DNA of 64,000 bases. Origin: Myxococcota bacterium. GTDB taxonomy: Bacteria > Myxococcota_A > SURF-8. Positions 40,261-48,910 of the stretch are shown one piece after another (the stretch's first letter is position 1; every line of letters begins with the position of its first letter). A program made the position numbers and the translations under genes. A model generated the notes under the pieces. It had not been told where the DNA came from, did not search any database, and worked only from the letters and a program-made list of their open reading frames with translations. The stretch spans positions 4,231,928 to 4,295,927 of the forward strand of contig OZ223209.1 in NCBI GenBank assembly GCA_965140415.1. Direction: 5' to 3'.

Positions 40261-41619
40261 ATGACCCAGTCACCGAAAACCACCAACCTGACGCAACTAC
40301 CCATGAACCGGGCGATTTTGACGATGGCGATTCCTGCCAGCGGAGCGATGGTCATCGAATCTTTGTATCATTTGGTAGACACGTTCTGGGTCGGCAAACT
40401 GGGCGCGTTGCCATTAGCCGCCGCCAGCGCGACTTCCTTCGTATTATGGATGCTGATGTCTTTCGGCGATTTAACCGGCGTTGCCGCCAATGCGTTAAGC
40501 GCCCAGGAAGTCGGAGCCAATCGCAGCGAGCGCGTCAAGGAACATCTCGGCCAATGCCTGAGCCTGGCGCTAATCTTGAGCGTCGCTTTTCTGCTTATCA
40601 TGCTGCCCTTGCGACAGGTTCTGTTTGGCTGGCTGAATCTGGAAGTAGAGGTCAGCTCCCTGGCGGTTGAATACCTGCTTCCCTGGCTATTGGGATTGCC
40701 GGTGATATTTTCCGCCATCACGGTCAATGCCGCCTTTCGCGGCGTCGGCGATGCGAAAACGCCGATGCTGCTGATGGGCATTGCAGTTATTTTCAATGCC
40801 ATACTCGACCCTCTTTTCATTTTCGGCCTGGGACCGATTCCCGGCATGGGTTTGACAGGCGCTGCCTGGGTGACGGTCGCCGCTCACGCCGTGATTCTGG
40901 CTATCGGTTTGAAGATTCTGCGTAAACGCGAGTTATTACCCCGTTTTTCACTGCGCCAACTGAAAGTTCCCTGGGATGACGCCCGCAGAATTATTTCGGT
41001 TGGCCTGCCCATCGCCTTAAACGGCGCGTTTTTCAGCTTGATTTACATCGGCTTGACCTGGGTAATCGCTTCGTTCGGTTCGACTCCTATCGCCGCTTTG
41101 GGAATCGGCCATCGCATGGAGGCGTTCCCATGGTTTATCGCCTACGGTTTCTCTATCGCCGCCGCCAGCTTGATCGGGCAATACGTCGGCGCGGGACAAC
41201 CCGAGCAAGCTGAAAAAGCCGCCTGGCGCACCGGCTTCGTTGCGCTGGCTTTCGAAGCGGTCTTCGCGGTATTGATCTTGATCTGGGTGGAACCCATCGT
41301 TCGTTTTTTCATCGACGATCCGGCGGTGGTTTCGCAGTCGGCGGTGTATCTGCGAATCGTGGCGGTCTGCTGGCTGATCGGCGTGTTCGAAGTCGTTTTA
41401 GAGGGCGCTTTCGGCGGCGCCGGAGACACCCTGCCCCCTTTGTTGATCGGCGTGATTTTCACCGCGTTGCGCATCCCCGCCGCCTATCTTTTCGCCATTG
41501 TGCTGGATGGCGGTATCGTGGCGGTCTGGTGGACCATCGGGCTTTCTTCGGCAGTGAAAGGCGCGTTGTTGATTTTCTGGTTCAAGCGTGGAAAATGGAA
41601 ACGGAAGCGGCTGGTGTGA
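40261..41619 (+). CDS. MATE-family multidrug/oligosaccharide efflux transporter
   Basis: It is a 12-TM MATE family protein, as shown by its two-lobe repeat structure. Confidence 0.75.
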   Translation: MTQSPKTTNLTQLPMNRAILTMAIPASGAMVIESLYHLVDTFWVGKLGALPLAAASATSFVLWMLMSFGDLTGVAANALSAQEVGANRSERVKEHLGQCLSLALILSVAFLLIMLPLRQVLFGWLNLEVEVSSLAVEYLLPWLLGLPVIFSAITVNAAFRGVGDAKTPMLLMGIAVIFNAILDPLFIFGLGPIPGMGLTGAAWVTVAAHAVILAIGLKILRKRELLPRFSLRQLKVPWDDARRIISVGLPIALNGAFFSLIYIGLTWVIASFGSTPIAALGIGHRMEAFPWFIAYGFSIAAASLIGQYVGAGQPEQAEKAAWRTGFVALAFEAVFAVLILIWVEPIVRFFIDDPAVVSQSAVYLRIVAVCWLIGVFEVVLEGAFGGAGDTLPPLLIGVIFTALRIPAAYLFAIVLDGGIVAVWWTIGLSSAVKGALLIFWFKRGKWKRKRLV

Positions 41620-41782
41620 TCTGATATATATCCGCTTATATTTCTACTAGGCATTCAGAATTACCAGCTTCGCCTAACCGCTTACTCTCTTTGTTGGTTC
41701 AAGGCTCCTGTCTTGAACCACAGGTTTTTGATCGGGGCTCCCGTCCCGACCACAAAGACAAACGTCAGGAGCAGGACAGGAG

Positions 41783-43093
41783 CCCACAGCTGTCCCGCTA
41801 ACTTCCAGGTTCAGCGCTACAACTACTTATTATTACAGATTGAATTTGTGATTATCAGGTGTCCGCGATAGTTTTTCTGCATTTCGAATAGTCAAGAAAT
41901 GCAGGAGATCAAAATGACACAGACTGTCTTTTCGCAAGTGCTCGACTATTTGCCGGATCGCCATTTCCGCCGTTGTGTCAATCGCTATCAGGGGAACAAG
42001 CGCATTCGTACCTTTTCCTGTATGGATCAATTCATTTGCATGGCATTTGCCCAGCTGGCCTACCGCGAAAGCCTGCGCGATATTGAAGCGACCTTGCGGG
42101 CTATTCAGCTGAAACTTTATCACATGGGTCTGCGTGGAAAAGTCTCTCGCAACACACTGGCCAGAGCGAATGAAAAACGCGACTGGCGCATTTACGCAGA
42201 TCTCGCTCAGCCCCTGATACGGCGCGCCCGCGCGCTGTATGCGGACGAGAAGCTCGCCGTCGACCTAGACGCCACCACCTACGCGCTCGACACGACAGCG
42301 ATTGATTTGAGTTTGTCGCTTTTTCCATGGGCCAAATTCACGCGATACAATGGATCATTGCGTCTTCACACGCAAATGGACCTTCGCGGACGGATTCCCG
42401 CCTTTATTTCCATTACGGACGGCAAGAGCCATGACAAGCGTTTACTGGATATTCTGCCTTTGGAAGCGGGCGCATTTTATATCATGGATCGCGGTTATGT
42501 CGATTACGGACGCATGCATCGCATCCATCGGGCGGGAGCCTTCTTCATTCTTAGAGCCAGCAAGAACACCAGCACAAAGCGAATCTATTCACACCCCATC
42601 GACAAGAGCTTGGGATTGCGCGCCGATCAGACCGTGAGCTTCGTGGACCGTGCTTCCATTCGACGCTATCCGGATCATGTGCGGCGAATCAACTACATCG
42701 ATCCAGAATCGAACACCCGATTTGTCTGGCTGACCAACAACTTTGATCTTTCTTCGGAAACGATTCCGGACTTGTACCGGCTGCGGTGGAGTATCGAAGT
42801 GTTTTTCAAATGGATCAAACAGAATCTGCGAATCAAGGCGTTTTACGGTCGCAGCGCCAATGCGGTAAAGACACAAGTGTGGATTTCGATTACGGTTTAT
42901 CTGTTGGTTGCGATTCTGAAAAAGGATCTGAATCTCGAGCACAGTTTGATGACGATTCTACAGATTTTAAGCGTCACGCTTTTCGAGGAAAGCCCCATTT
43001 TACAGGTGCTAAAGGCAAACGCCTCCCTGCCTACCAATATCCCTTTTGGTAAGCAGTTGGAATTATTCAATAGTTAACGGGACAGCTGTGGGC
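41783..43093 (+). mobile_element. IS4-family insertion sequence bounded by 16-bp perfect inverted repeats
   Basis: Left inverted repeat gcccacagctgtcccg (41783-41798). Right inverted repeat cgggacagctgtgggc (43078-43093) is its exact reverse complement. A single transposase ORF lies inside. Confidence 0.7.
41899..43077 (+). CDS. IS4-family DDE transposase (DUF4372 N-terminus plus DDE_Tnp_1)
   Basis: N-terminus MTQTVFSQVLDYLPDRHFRRCV is of DUF4372 type. The DDE region includes YIMDRGY. The RWSIEVFFKWIKQNL block matches the C-terminal conserved motif of IS4-family transposases. Confidence 0.75.
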   Translation: MQEIKMTQTVFSQVLDYLPDRHFRRCVNRYQGNKRIRTFSCMDQFICMAFAQLAYRESLRDIEATLRAIQLKLYHMGLRGKVSRNTLARANEKRDWRIYADLAQPLIRRARALYADEKLAVDLDATTYALDTTAIDLSLSLFPWAKFTRYNGSLRLHTQMDLRGRIPAFISITDGKSHDKRLLDILPLEAGAFYIMDRGYVDYGRMHRIHRAGAFFILRASKNTSTKRIYSHPIDKSLGLRADQTVSFVDRASIRRYPDHVRRINYIDPESNTRFVWLTNNFDLSSETIPDLYRLRWSIEVFFKWIKQNLRIKAFYGRSANAVKTQVWISITVYLLVAILKKDLNLEHSLMTILQILSVTLFEESPILQVLKANASLPTNIPFGKQLELFNS

Positions 43094-43298
43094 GGGAGCC
43101 ATGATCCAACATCAGACATCCAATTGTCGGGCAGATTGGTGTCGGGCAAGACATTTGCCCTACCTACGAGACTACATGCTGATCAACCTAAAAAATTGAG
43201 GAAAGCCTACGAATTTTACTATGCATTGCGTCATGCCCGGGGTAGACTCGCTTCCGTTGTTGTTTGAAGTTGTTTGGTCTGTTGAAAGGTGATTTGTA

Positions 43299-44528
43299 AT
43301 GACGAGAATACTGGATCTGCACGCGCATCCGAGCTTGAAAATGTATTATCTACCCTACCTGCGCGATACGTTTCATGCTGCGGTCTATGCGGGAAACCAC
43401 TGGAATCCGCTGTCGTTTCGCACTCAATATCACAACCTGAAAAGCAGTCCGATCAAAATCATGCTGAACGCCCATTACGTCATCGAGAAAGGCTTCGTCG
43501 CCCAGGGTATCAAGGCTCCGGCGCGCGCGCTCTCCTGGATGCTCGCGCCATTGTTCTATGGCAAACTGCGCACCGCCGATCCATGGAAAACGCTGATGGG
43601 CATGATGGATACGCTGGAAAACAGCATCACCAAAACGAACCGCTGGGTCTTGCCCGGAAAGAAAAAATTCAAGCTGATCAGACGCTATAGCGAAATCGCC
43701 GATCTGCAAGATAACGAGATGGCCTTTATTCATGCCATCGAGGGCAGTCACGCGCTGGGATACGGACCCGAAAAGGACGAATCGCTGGAGCAGTTCTGGG
43801 CGAAAACCGAGCGCCGCCTAAAATATTTGAAAGAGCGCGGCGTCTGCATGATTACCCTGGCCCACTTCTGGGATAACGTATTCGCGCCCCAGACCGACGG
43901 TACCGAGGTCATCACGAAGGAAGTAAGCGGCAAGGTGCTGCCTACCTACGACGACGTGCTGGTGCATATGAGACGGGCGGAATGGTCCTTCGACGACCGC
44001 AACCGCCTGGCGGAACGCTTTGCCCGCAAGTTATTCGAATTGGGCATCGTCATCGATCTCGCTCACGTGCAGCCGCACGCCCGGCAGCGCATTTACGAAC
44101 TGGCGGAAGAATACAATCGTCCGATTATCGCCTCGCATAACGGGCTAACTCATTTCTTCGACCACGAATACAACCTGACCGACGCCGAAATCAAGCGCTT
44201 CCACAAACTGGGCGGCGTCATCGGCCTGATTTTGTCGCGCCGCTGGCTGGTGGACCCGATCAAGCGACACAAGGCCGATACTCCCGGCATTCCCGATTTG
44301 GTTGAAAACATGGTGTATATTCGGGATCTGGTGGGCGACGTCTCCTGCATCGGTCTTGGAACCGATTTCGACGGGCTGACCCATCCCTTTAAAGACTGCT
44401 ACAAGCCCAGCCAGTTGCATCGTATCGCTGAAGCCATGAGCAAGCACTTCAGCGAGGATGAAATCGATCAGATTCTGTATCGCAATTCCCTGCGCGCACT
44501 GGAGCGTGGCTGGACCGAACAGCGCTAG
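43299..44528 (+). CDS. Membrane dipeptidase (peptidase M19 family)
   Basis: IGLGTDFDG motif near the C-terminus. M19 dipeptidases (renal dipeptidase family) have the amidohydrolase TIM-barrel fold. Confidence 0.6.
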   Translation: MTRILDLHAHPSLKMYYLPYLRDTFHAAVYAGNHWNPLSFRTQYHNLKSSPIKIMLNAHYVIEKGFVAQGIKAPARALSWMLAPLFYGKLRTADPWKTLMGMMDTLENSITKTNRWVLPGKKKFKLIRRYSEIADLQDNEMAFIHAIEGSHALGYGPEKDESLEQFWAKTERRLKYLKERGVCMITLAHFWDNVFAPQTDGTEVITKEVSGKVLPTYDDVLVHMRRAEWSFDDRNRLAERFARKLFELGIVIDLAHVQPHARQRIYELAEEYNRPIIASHNGLTHFFDHEYNLTDAEIKRFHKLGGVIGLILSRRWLVDPIKRHKADTPGIPDLVENMVYIRDLVGDVSCIGLGTDFDGLTHPFKDCYKPSQLHRIAEAMSKHFSEDEIDQILYRNSLRALERGWTEQR

Positions 44529-44556
44529 TTTCCAAGTTCATATGTTTTCATGATGA

Positions 44557-44583
44557 TGGCGGGCTTTTGTCCCGCCGTTTTTC
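44557..44583 (+). terminator. Rho-independent terminator
   Basis: The hairpin ggcgggc-ttttgt-cccgcc is followed by GTTTTT. It sits between convergent genes. Confidence 0.55.
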
Positions 44584-44587
44584 ATCG

Positions 44588-45310
44588 TCACCAGCGAATC
44601 CACTCTCCCTCGTTTTTGCGCACATGGCCGTTGTGCTCGATTCGCGCCAGTCTGTCGTTCTTGCCTTTACGGCTTAAATGCAAGCGCATCTCATTGCAGC
44701 CTAACGGCGTCGGCTCATGGCCCTGGCGGATTTTCCTTAATAGCAGCAAGCTACAGGCGCGCCGACGGCAGAGCCAGGAAACCGAACGCAGCGCACGCAG
44801 AAAAGCGGCACGTTGCGGGCTACGTTCCATCGGGCGATTGCCACCGGAAAGCGCCTGTTGTTCGATGACGCCTGGCGCGACGATCACCACATCCACCAAT
44901 AACCTACCGAGCAGGCGAATCAACGCCATCGCCAGTTTCAGCGGCTCGGTTTCCCGCAGAATCAGGGTGGCGTCCATATCCAAAATGGGAAGCTCATCGC
45001 GCAGTTCCTCGAACTCGCCAAAGGGGTCCACCAGCACGACGACGCCGCCCTTCAGTTGCACGTCACGGGCCTGGATACAGGCGAAACGCCAGAGCTGCCG
45101 GGGCTGCTCGCTCCATAATTCCAGGCTGATGCCACGGGGAACGATCCACGGCGCGTTGCGATCCGGCTCAGACCGACACACATTGCGCCAATGCTGCATG
45201 GCGGGAGAATTCGGATCTTCATGCAGATCCTGCTCGCAATAACGAAGCAAATCCGCCAGCATTTGCTGGGATTGTTTGGCGCTGCGAATCAAATGGTCGA
45301 ATGCGGACAT
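44588..45310 (-). CDS. Hypothetical protein
   Basis: Start chosen at ATG 45310, which has an AAGGAGG ribosome-binding site. No recognisable domain. The C-terminal third is low-complexity and Arg-rich. Confidence 0.4.
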   Translation of the reverse strand: MSAFDHLIRSAKQSQQMLADLLRYCEQDLHEDPNSPAMQHWRNVCRSEPDRNAPWIVPRGISLELWSEQPRQLWRFACIQARDVQLKGGVVVLVDPFGEFEELRDELPILDMDATLILRETEPLKLAMALIRLLGRLLVDVVIVAPGVIEQQALSGGNRPMERSPQRAAFLRALRSVSWLCRRRACSLLLLRKIRQGHEPTPLGCNEMRLHLSRKGKNDRLARIEHNGHVRKNEGEWIRW

Positions 45311-45631
45311 GTTTCCTCCTTGGCCAGCGATGTCGATCAACCTGGATCATGCGAAAGCCGTACCAAAGAGAATTACATGGAATATCATGTACTTTCATAT
45401 TTCCAAGTATCATCTGAATGACCGGTTTCCAGCCACTTTCCAATTTTCAAACGCTGTAAATGGTGAATCTGCGAGGAAAAGTTGGCGAGCCGGAGTCGGT
45501 TTCCGCTCGTCTTCCGGTAACCGAAGTATGAGACGATTACTCTTCCAGGTTGCCTCTGACCGTGAGGCATGATAGATAGAATGCTTCAAAGGCTTAGGAA
45601 AAAAACACGTTTGAAATAGACAGGATGCACG

Positions 45632-48220
45632 ATGGGGAGTAAGCGCAAACCCAAGGGAATCAAACTGGGGAAGAAATCGCCGAACAAGGTCAAGCCGGGG
45701 AAGCTGCCATCCCCGGAAGAGTTGAAAAACGCCTTTACACAGGCGGTGCAGTTGCACCAGGCCGGGAAACTGGATCAGGCCGAGCAGCAGTATAAAGCCT
45801 TGCAGGTCATGCTGCCCAATCATGACGGCTTGCTCACGCTGATGGGCATTCTGGCGTTGCAGAAGCAGAAACCGGCGCAGGCCGTGGAATATTTGCAACG
45901 CTCCCTGGAGCAGAACGCCGAGAACGCCAAAGCTTGCGATTCGCTGGGGGCGGCATATCTGATGCTGAATCAACCGGAGCAGGCACTTTCCCATACCACA
46001 CAGGCAACTCGGCTGCAACCCAACAATTCGGAGTATCGCTTTAATCTGGCGGTGATCTTGAAAAAGCTGGAACGCACGGAAGAAGCCGTCAAGCAATACC
46101 AGAAAGCGATTCGACTGCAACCGAAGGCGGCGAATGCGCGCACCAATCTGGGAGCGATATACTGTGAACGCGCAGAATGGGACGAGGCCAAGGAGCAATT
46201 GAAAGCGGCTTTGGAGATTCGTGCGGATCTGATTCCCGCCCGCTTGAATCTGGCGCGAGCCTATTTCGCTACCGACGAGTTGGATTTGGCCAGTGAAGAA
46301 TTCGAAAAGGTGCTGACAGCACAACCTGAAAATCCGGATGCCTTACTTGGGCTGGGTCGACTGGCGCATGGGCGCGGCGATCACGAACTGGCGCTGTCGT
46401 ATTACAATCGGGTCGAACAACTCGCCCCCGAACATCCTCACGTTCACGGCGACCGGGCGCGAACCTTGCTCGAATTGAATCGACTGGATGAGGCGTTGCA
46501 GGACAGCGAACGGGCGCTTGCACGAAGTCCCGAAACGGCGTTATTGCAATTGACGCATGGGGCCATCGAATTGCGCCTGGCGCATTACGGGCGCTCGTTG
46601 GAGCACGTGCAGAAAGCGCTAGAGTTGAATAACGGCCTGGCGCGGGCCTGGTGGCTGTCGGCTTTTGCGATGGTAAAACTGGGCCACTACGAAGAAGCAC
46701 TGCCTGCATATAAACAGGCATTGAAACTGGATGAAGAGTCGGGGCCGCTGCATCAGGAGTTTGCCGAGTTCTTGATGCAGGACATCAATAAACACGAGCA
46801 GGCCGTTCAACATCTGGAGCGGGCCATGCAACTTGGTGTACCTAAGATGCTGGCGCTTCAAAGCAAGCTTGCCGAAGCACAGGCGTATCTGTGCGACTGG
46901 GATGCATTCGAGAATAGTTGCGACACACTGATTCCGGCGATGGAAGCCAAGCTCGATGCGGGTGAACCGTTAGGTGTGGCCCTATTGGTGGCGATGGGAT
47001 TTCCCATCTCTGCGGGGTTATTGCATCGTCTGGCAAAGAGCGAGGCGAGAAGCATCGACAAGCGCCGCACCGCGCCGCGTTTCACTGCGGTGAAGCATTC
47101 GCATTCACGCCTGCGCATCGGGTATGTCTCTCCCGATTTCTCCTCGCATGCACTGGGTTTTCTGTTACAGGATCTCTTCAGCCATCACGACCGGGAAAAA
47201 TTCGAAATCAGCGCGTATTCACTGCGCAAGCGCTCCGACACGTTCCGGGCGACGATTGAAGGCAGCGTGGATCACTTCATCGATCTTACCGAGTTGTCGG
47301 ATCTGGATGCCGCCCGGCGCATTCATGCGGACGAAATCGATATTCTGATCGATCTGGCGGGCTACACCTCCGGCTGTCGTCCGGGCATCTTCAGCTATCA
47401 TCCGGGGGCGATTCAATGCGCCATGCTCGGCTATCCGGGCACACTGGGATCGAGCGCGATGGAGTACGTCGTTACGCATTCTCTTGCAGTACCAGAAGAA
47501 TTACGCGAGCACTACAGCGAGAAGATCGTCGCGTTGCCCGAAACTTTGTTTGCCACAAAAGGCTTTACCATACCGGAACAACCGCCCCGGCGCAGCGACT
47601 ACGGTCTGCCGGATAGCGGCGTGGTGTTCTGCTGCTTCAACAATACCTATCGCATTACGCGCGAAGTCTTTTCGGTGTGGATGGAGATCCTGAAGCAAAC
47701 ACCGGAGAGCGTGCTGTGGCTGAACGTGCGCAACGAAGCCACGCGCAAACGCCTGCTTCTTGCAGCCAAAGAGCAAGGCGTCAAAAAGGACCGCCTCGTC
47801 TTTGCCAACTTCAAAAACATGAGCGACAACTGGCCACACCGCCTGGCGGATCTGTGGCTGGACACTTTCGTGCTCTCCGCAGGAACGGCGACATTCCTGG
47901 CCGCCTGGGCCGGGTTGCCGGTATTGACACTGGCCGGAAACACGCCGCAATCGCGTACCGGCGCTAGCCTGGTTTCGGCCTGCGGGCTGGACGATCTGGT
48001 GGTGGATAGCATCGAGGCGTATCGGCAGCGAGCCATCGAACTGGGAACGCAGCCGCAGGCACTGCATCAATACAAAGCGCAGCTATTGGAGCGACGGGAG
48101 CAGTTGCCGCTGTTCGATCCGCTGCGATACATCAAGCACCTGGAAGCCGCATTCCGACAGATGAACGAGCAGTTTCTTTCCGGTGAACCTGTGACGGATA
48201 TTGATGTGAAAGCGGTTTAA
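45632..48220 (+). CDS. TPR-repeat protein fused to an O-GlcNAc-transferase-like (GT41 family) C-terminal glycosyltransferase domain
   Basis: The N-terminal half holds more than 10 TPR units. The C-terminal region RIGYVSPDFSSHALGFLLQDLFSHHDREKFEISAYS matches the GT41 catalytic domain. Confidence 0.7.
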   Translation: MGSKRKPKGIKLGKKSPNKVKPGKLPSPEELKNAFTQAVQLHQAGKLDQAEQQYKALQVMLPNHDGLLTLMGILALQKQKPAQAVEYLQRSLEQNAENAKACDSLGAAYLMLNQPEQALSHTTQATRLQPNNSEYRFNLAVILKKLERTEEAVKQYQKAIRLQPKAANARTNLGAIYCERAEWDEAKEQLKAALEIRADLIPARLNLARAYFATDELDLASEEFEKVLTAQPENPDALLGLGRLAHGRGDHELALSYYNRVEQLAPEHPHVHGDRARTLLELNRLDEALQDSERALARSPETALLQLTHGAIELRLAHYGRSLEHVQKALELNNGLARAWWLSAFAMVKLGHYEEALPAYKQALKLDEESGPLHQEFAEFLMQDINKHEQAVQHLERAMQLGVPKMLALQSKLAEAQAYLCDWDAFENSCDTLIPAMEAKLDAGEPLGVALLVAMGFPISAGLLHRLAKSEARSIDKRRTAPRFTAVKHSHSRLRIGYVSPDFSSHALGFLLQDLFSHHDREKFEISAYSLRKRSDTFRATIEGSVDHFIDLTELSDLDAARRIHADEIDILIDLAGYTSGCRPGIFSYHPGAIQCAMLGYPGTLGSSAMEYVVTHSLAVPEELREHYSEKIVALPETLFATKGFTIPEQPPRRSDYGLPDSGVVFCCFNNTYRITREVFSVWMEILKQTPESVLWLNVRNEATRKRLLLAAKEQGVKKDRLVFANFKNMSDNWPHRLADLWLDTFVLSAGTATFLAAWAGLPVLTLAGNTPQSRTGASLVSACGLDDLVVDSIEAYRQRAIELGTQPQALHQYKAQLLERREQLPLFDPLRYIKHLEAAFRQMNEQFLSGEPVTDIDVKAV

Positions 48221-48634
48221 ATCTCGTAGATGAAATAATGGGTTGACCATTATAAGGGTGGCACGTGGCCAAGCGAAGTGAAACGGAGCTTGCCCGTGTT
48301 CTTGTTTTGATACATGGGCAACCTGCGGTTAGCCCATGCCACCCGGTCGTGAAAGCGATTTAATTCTCGTAGATGAAATGATGGGTTGACCATTGTAAGG
48401 GTGGTACGTGGCCAAGCGAAGTGAAACGGAGCTTGCCCGTGTTCTTGTTTTGATACATGGGCAACCTGCGGTTAGCCCATGCCACCCGGTCGTGAAAGCG
48501 ATTTAAATCTCGTAGATGAAATAATGGGTTGACCATTATAAGGGTGGCATGTGGCCAAGCGGAGAGAAACGGAGCTTGCCCGTGTTCTTGTTTTGACACA
48601 TGGGCAACCTGCGGTTAGCCCATGCCACCCGGTC
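48206..48634 (+). repeat. Three tandem direct copies of a 143-bp repeat, each able to fold into conserved hairpins
   Basis: Copies at 48206-48348, 48349-48491 and 48492-48634 are more than 93% identical. Each contains ttgcccgtg...catgggcaa and gggtggca(c/t)g...catgccaccc complementarities. Copy 1 overlaps the stop codon of the TPR/OGT gene. Confidence 0.75.
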
Positions 48635-48910
48635 GACCTATCCTGTTCCCAATTTTAATTCATTTGCATGATCATATGATACCCCTATGATGCTGTTTGA
48701 AAAAACTCTGCATCTCATAAAAGAAAGGAGCGGCAGCCTCAGGAGGGTGAGACTGCCGCCAGGGGAAAGGGGATGAGAAAAAAGGATGCTATCCACTTGG
48801 GGATCGAGTCCCCTATGCGACGACGGACCAGGGATTGGGGAGTAGGTGTGCTTGGTCGCAGTGCCGTCGCATTTCAAAAAACATATGTGTTTTCAAGGTT
48901 CAAAGTTACT

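Noticed and set aside
45410-46324. 304-aa minus-strand ORF overlapping the start of the TPR/OGT gene
   Set aside because: Gln/Leu/Arg-rich antisense translation of TPR repeats. The real divergent gene ends at 45310.
48206-48634. Possibility that the 143-bp tandem repeats are a CRISPR array
   Set aside because: The whole unit is repeated with no unique spacers, and the unit length is far above CRISPR repeat size. There are no cas genes.
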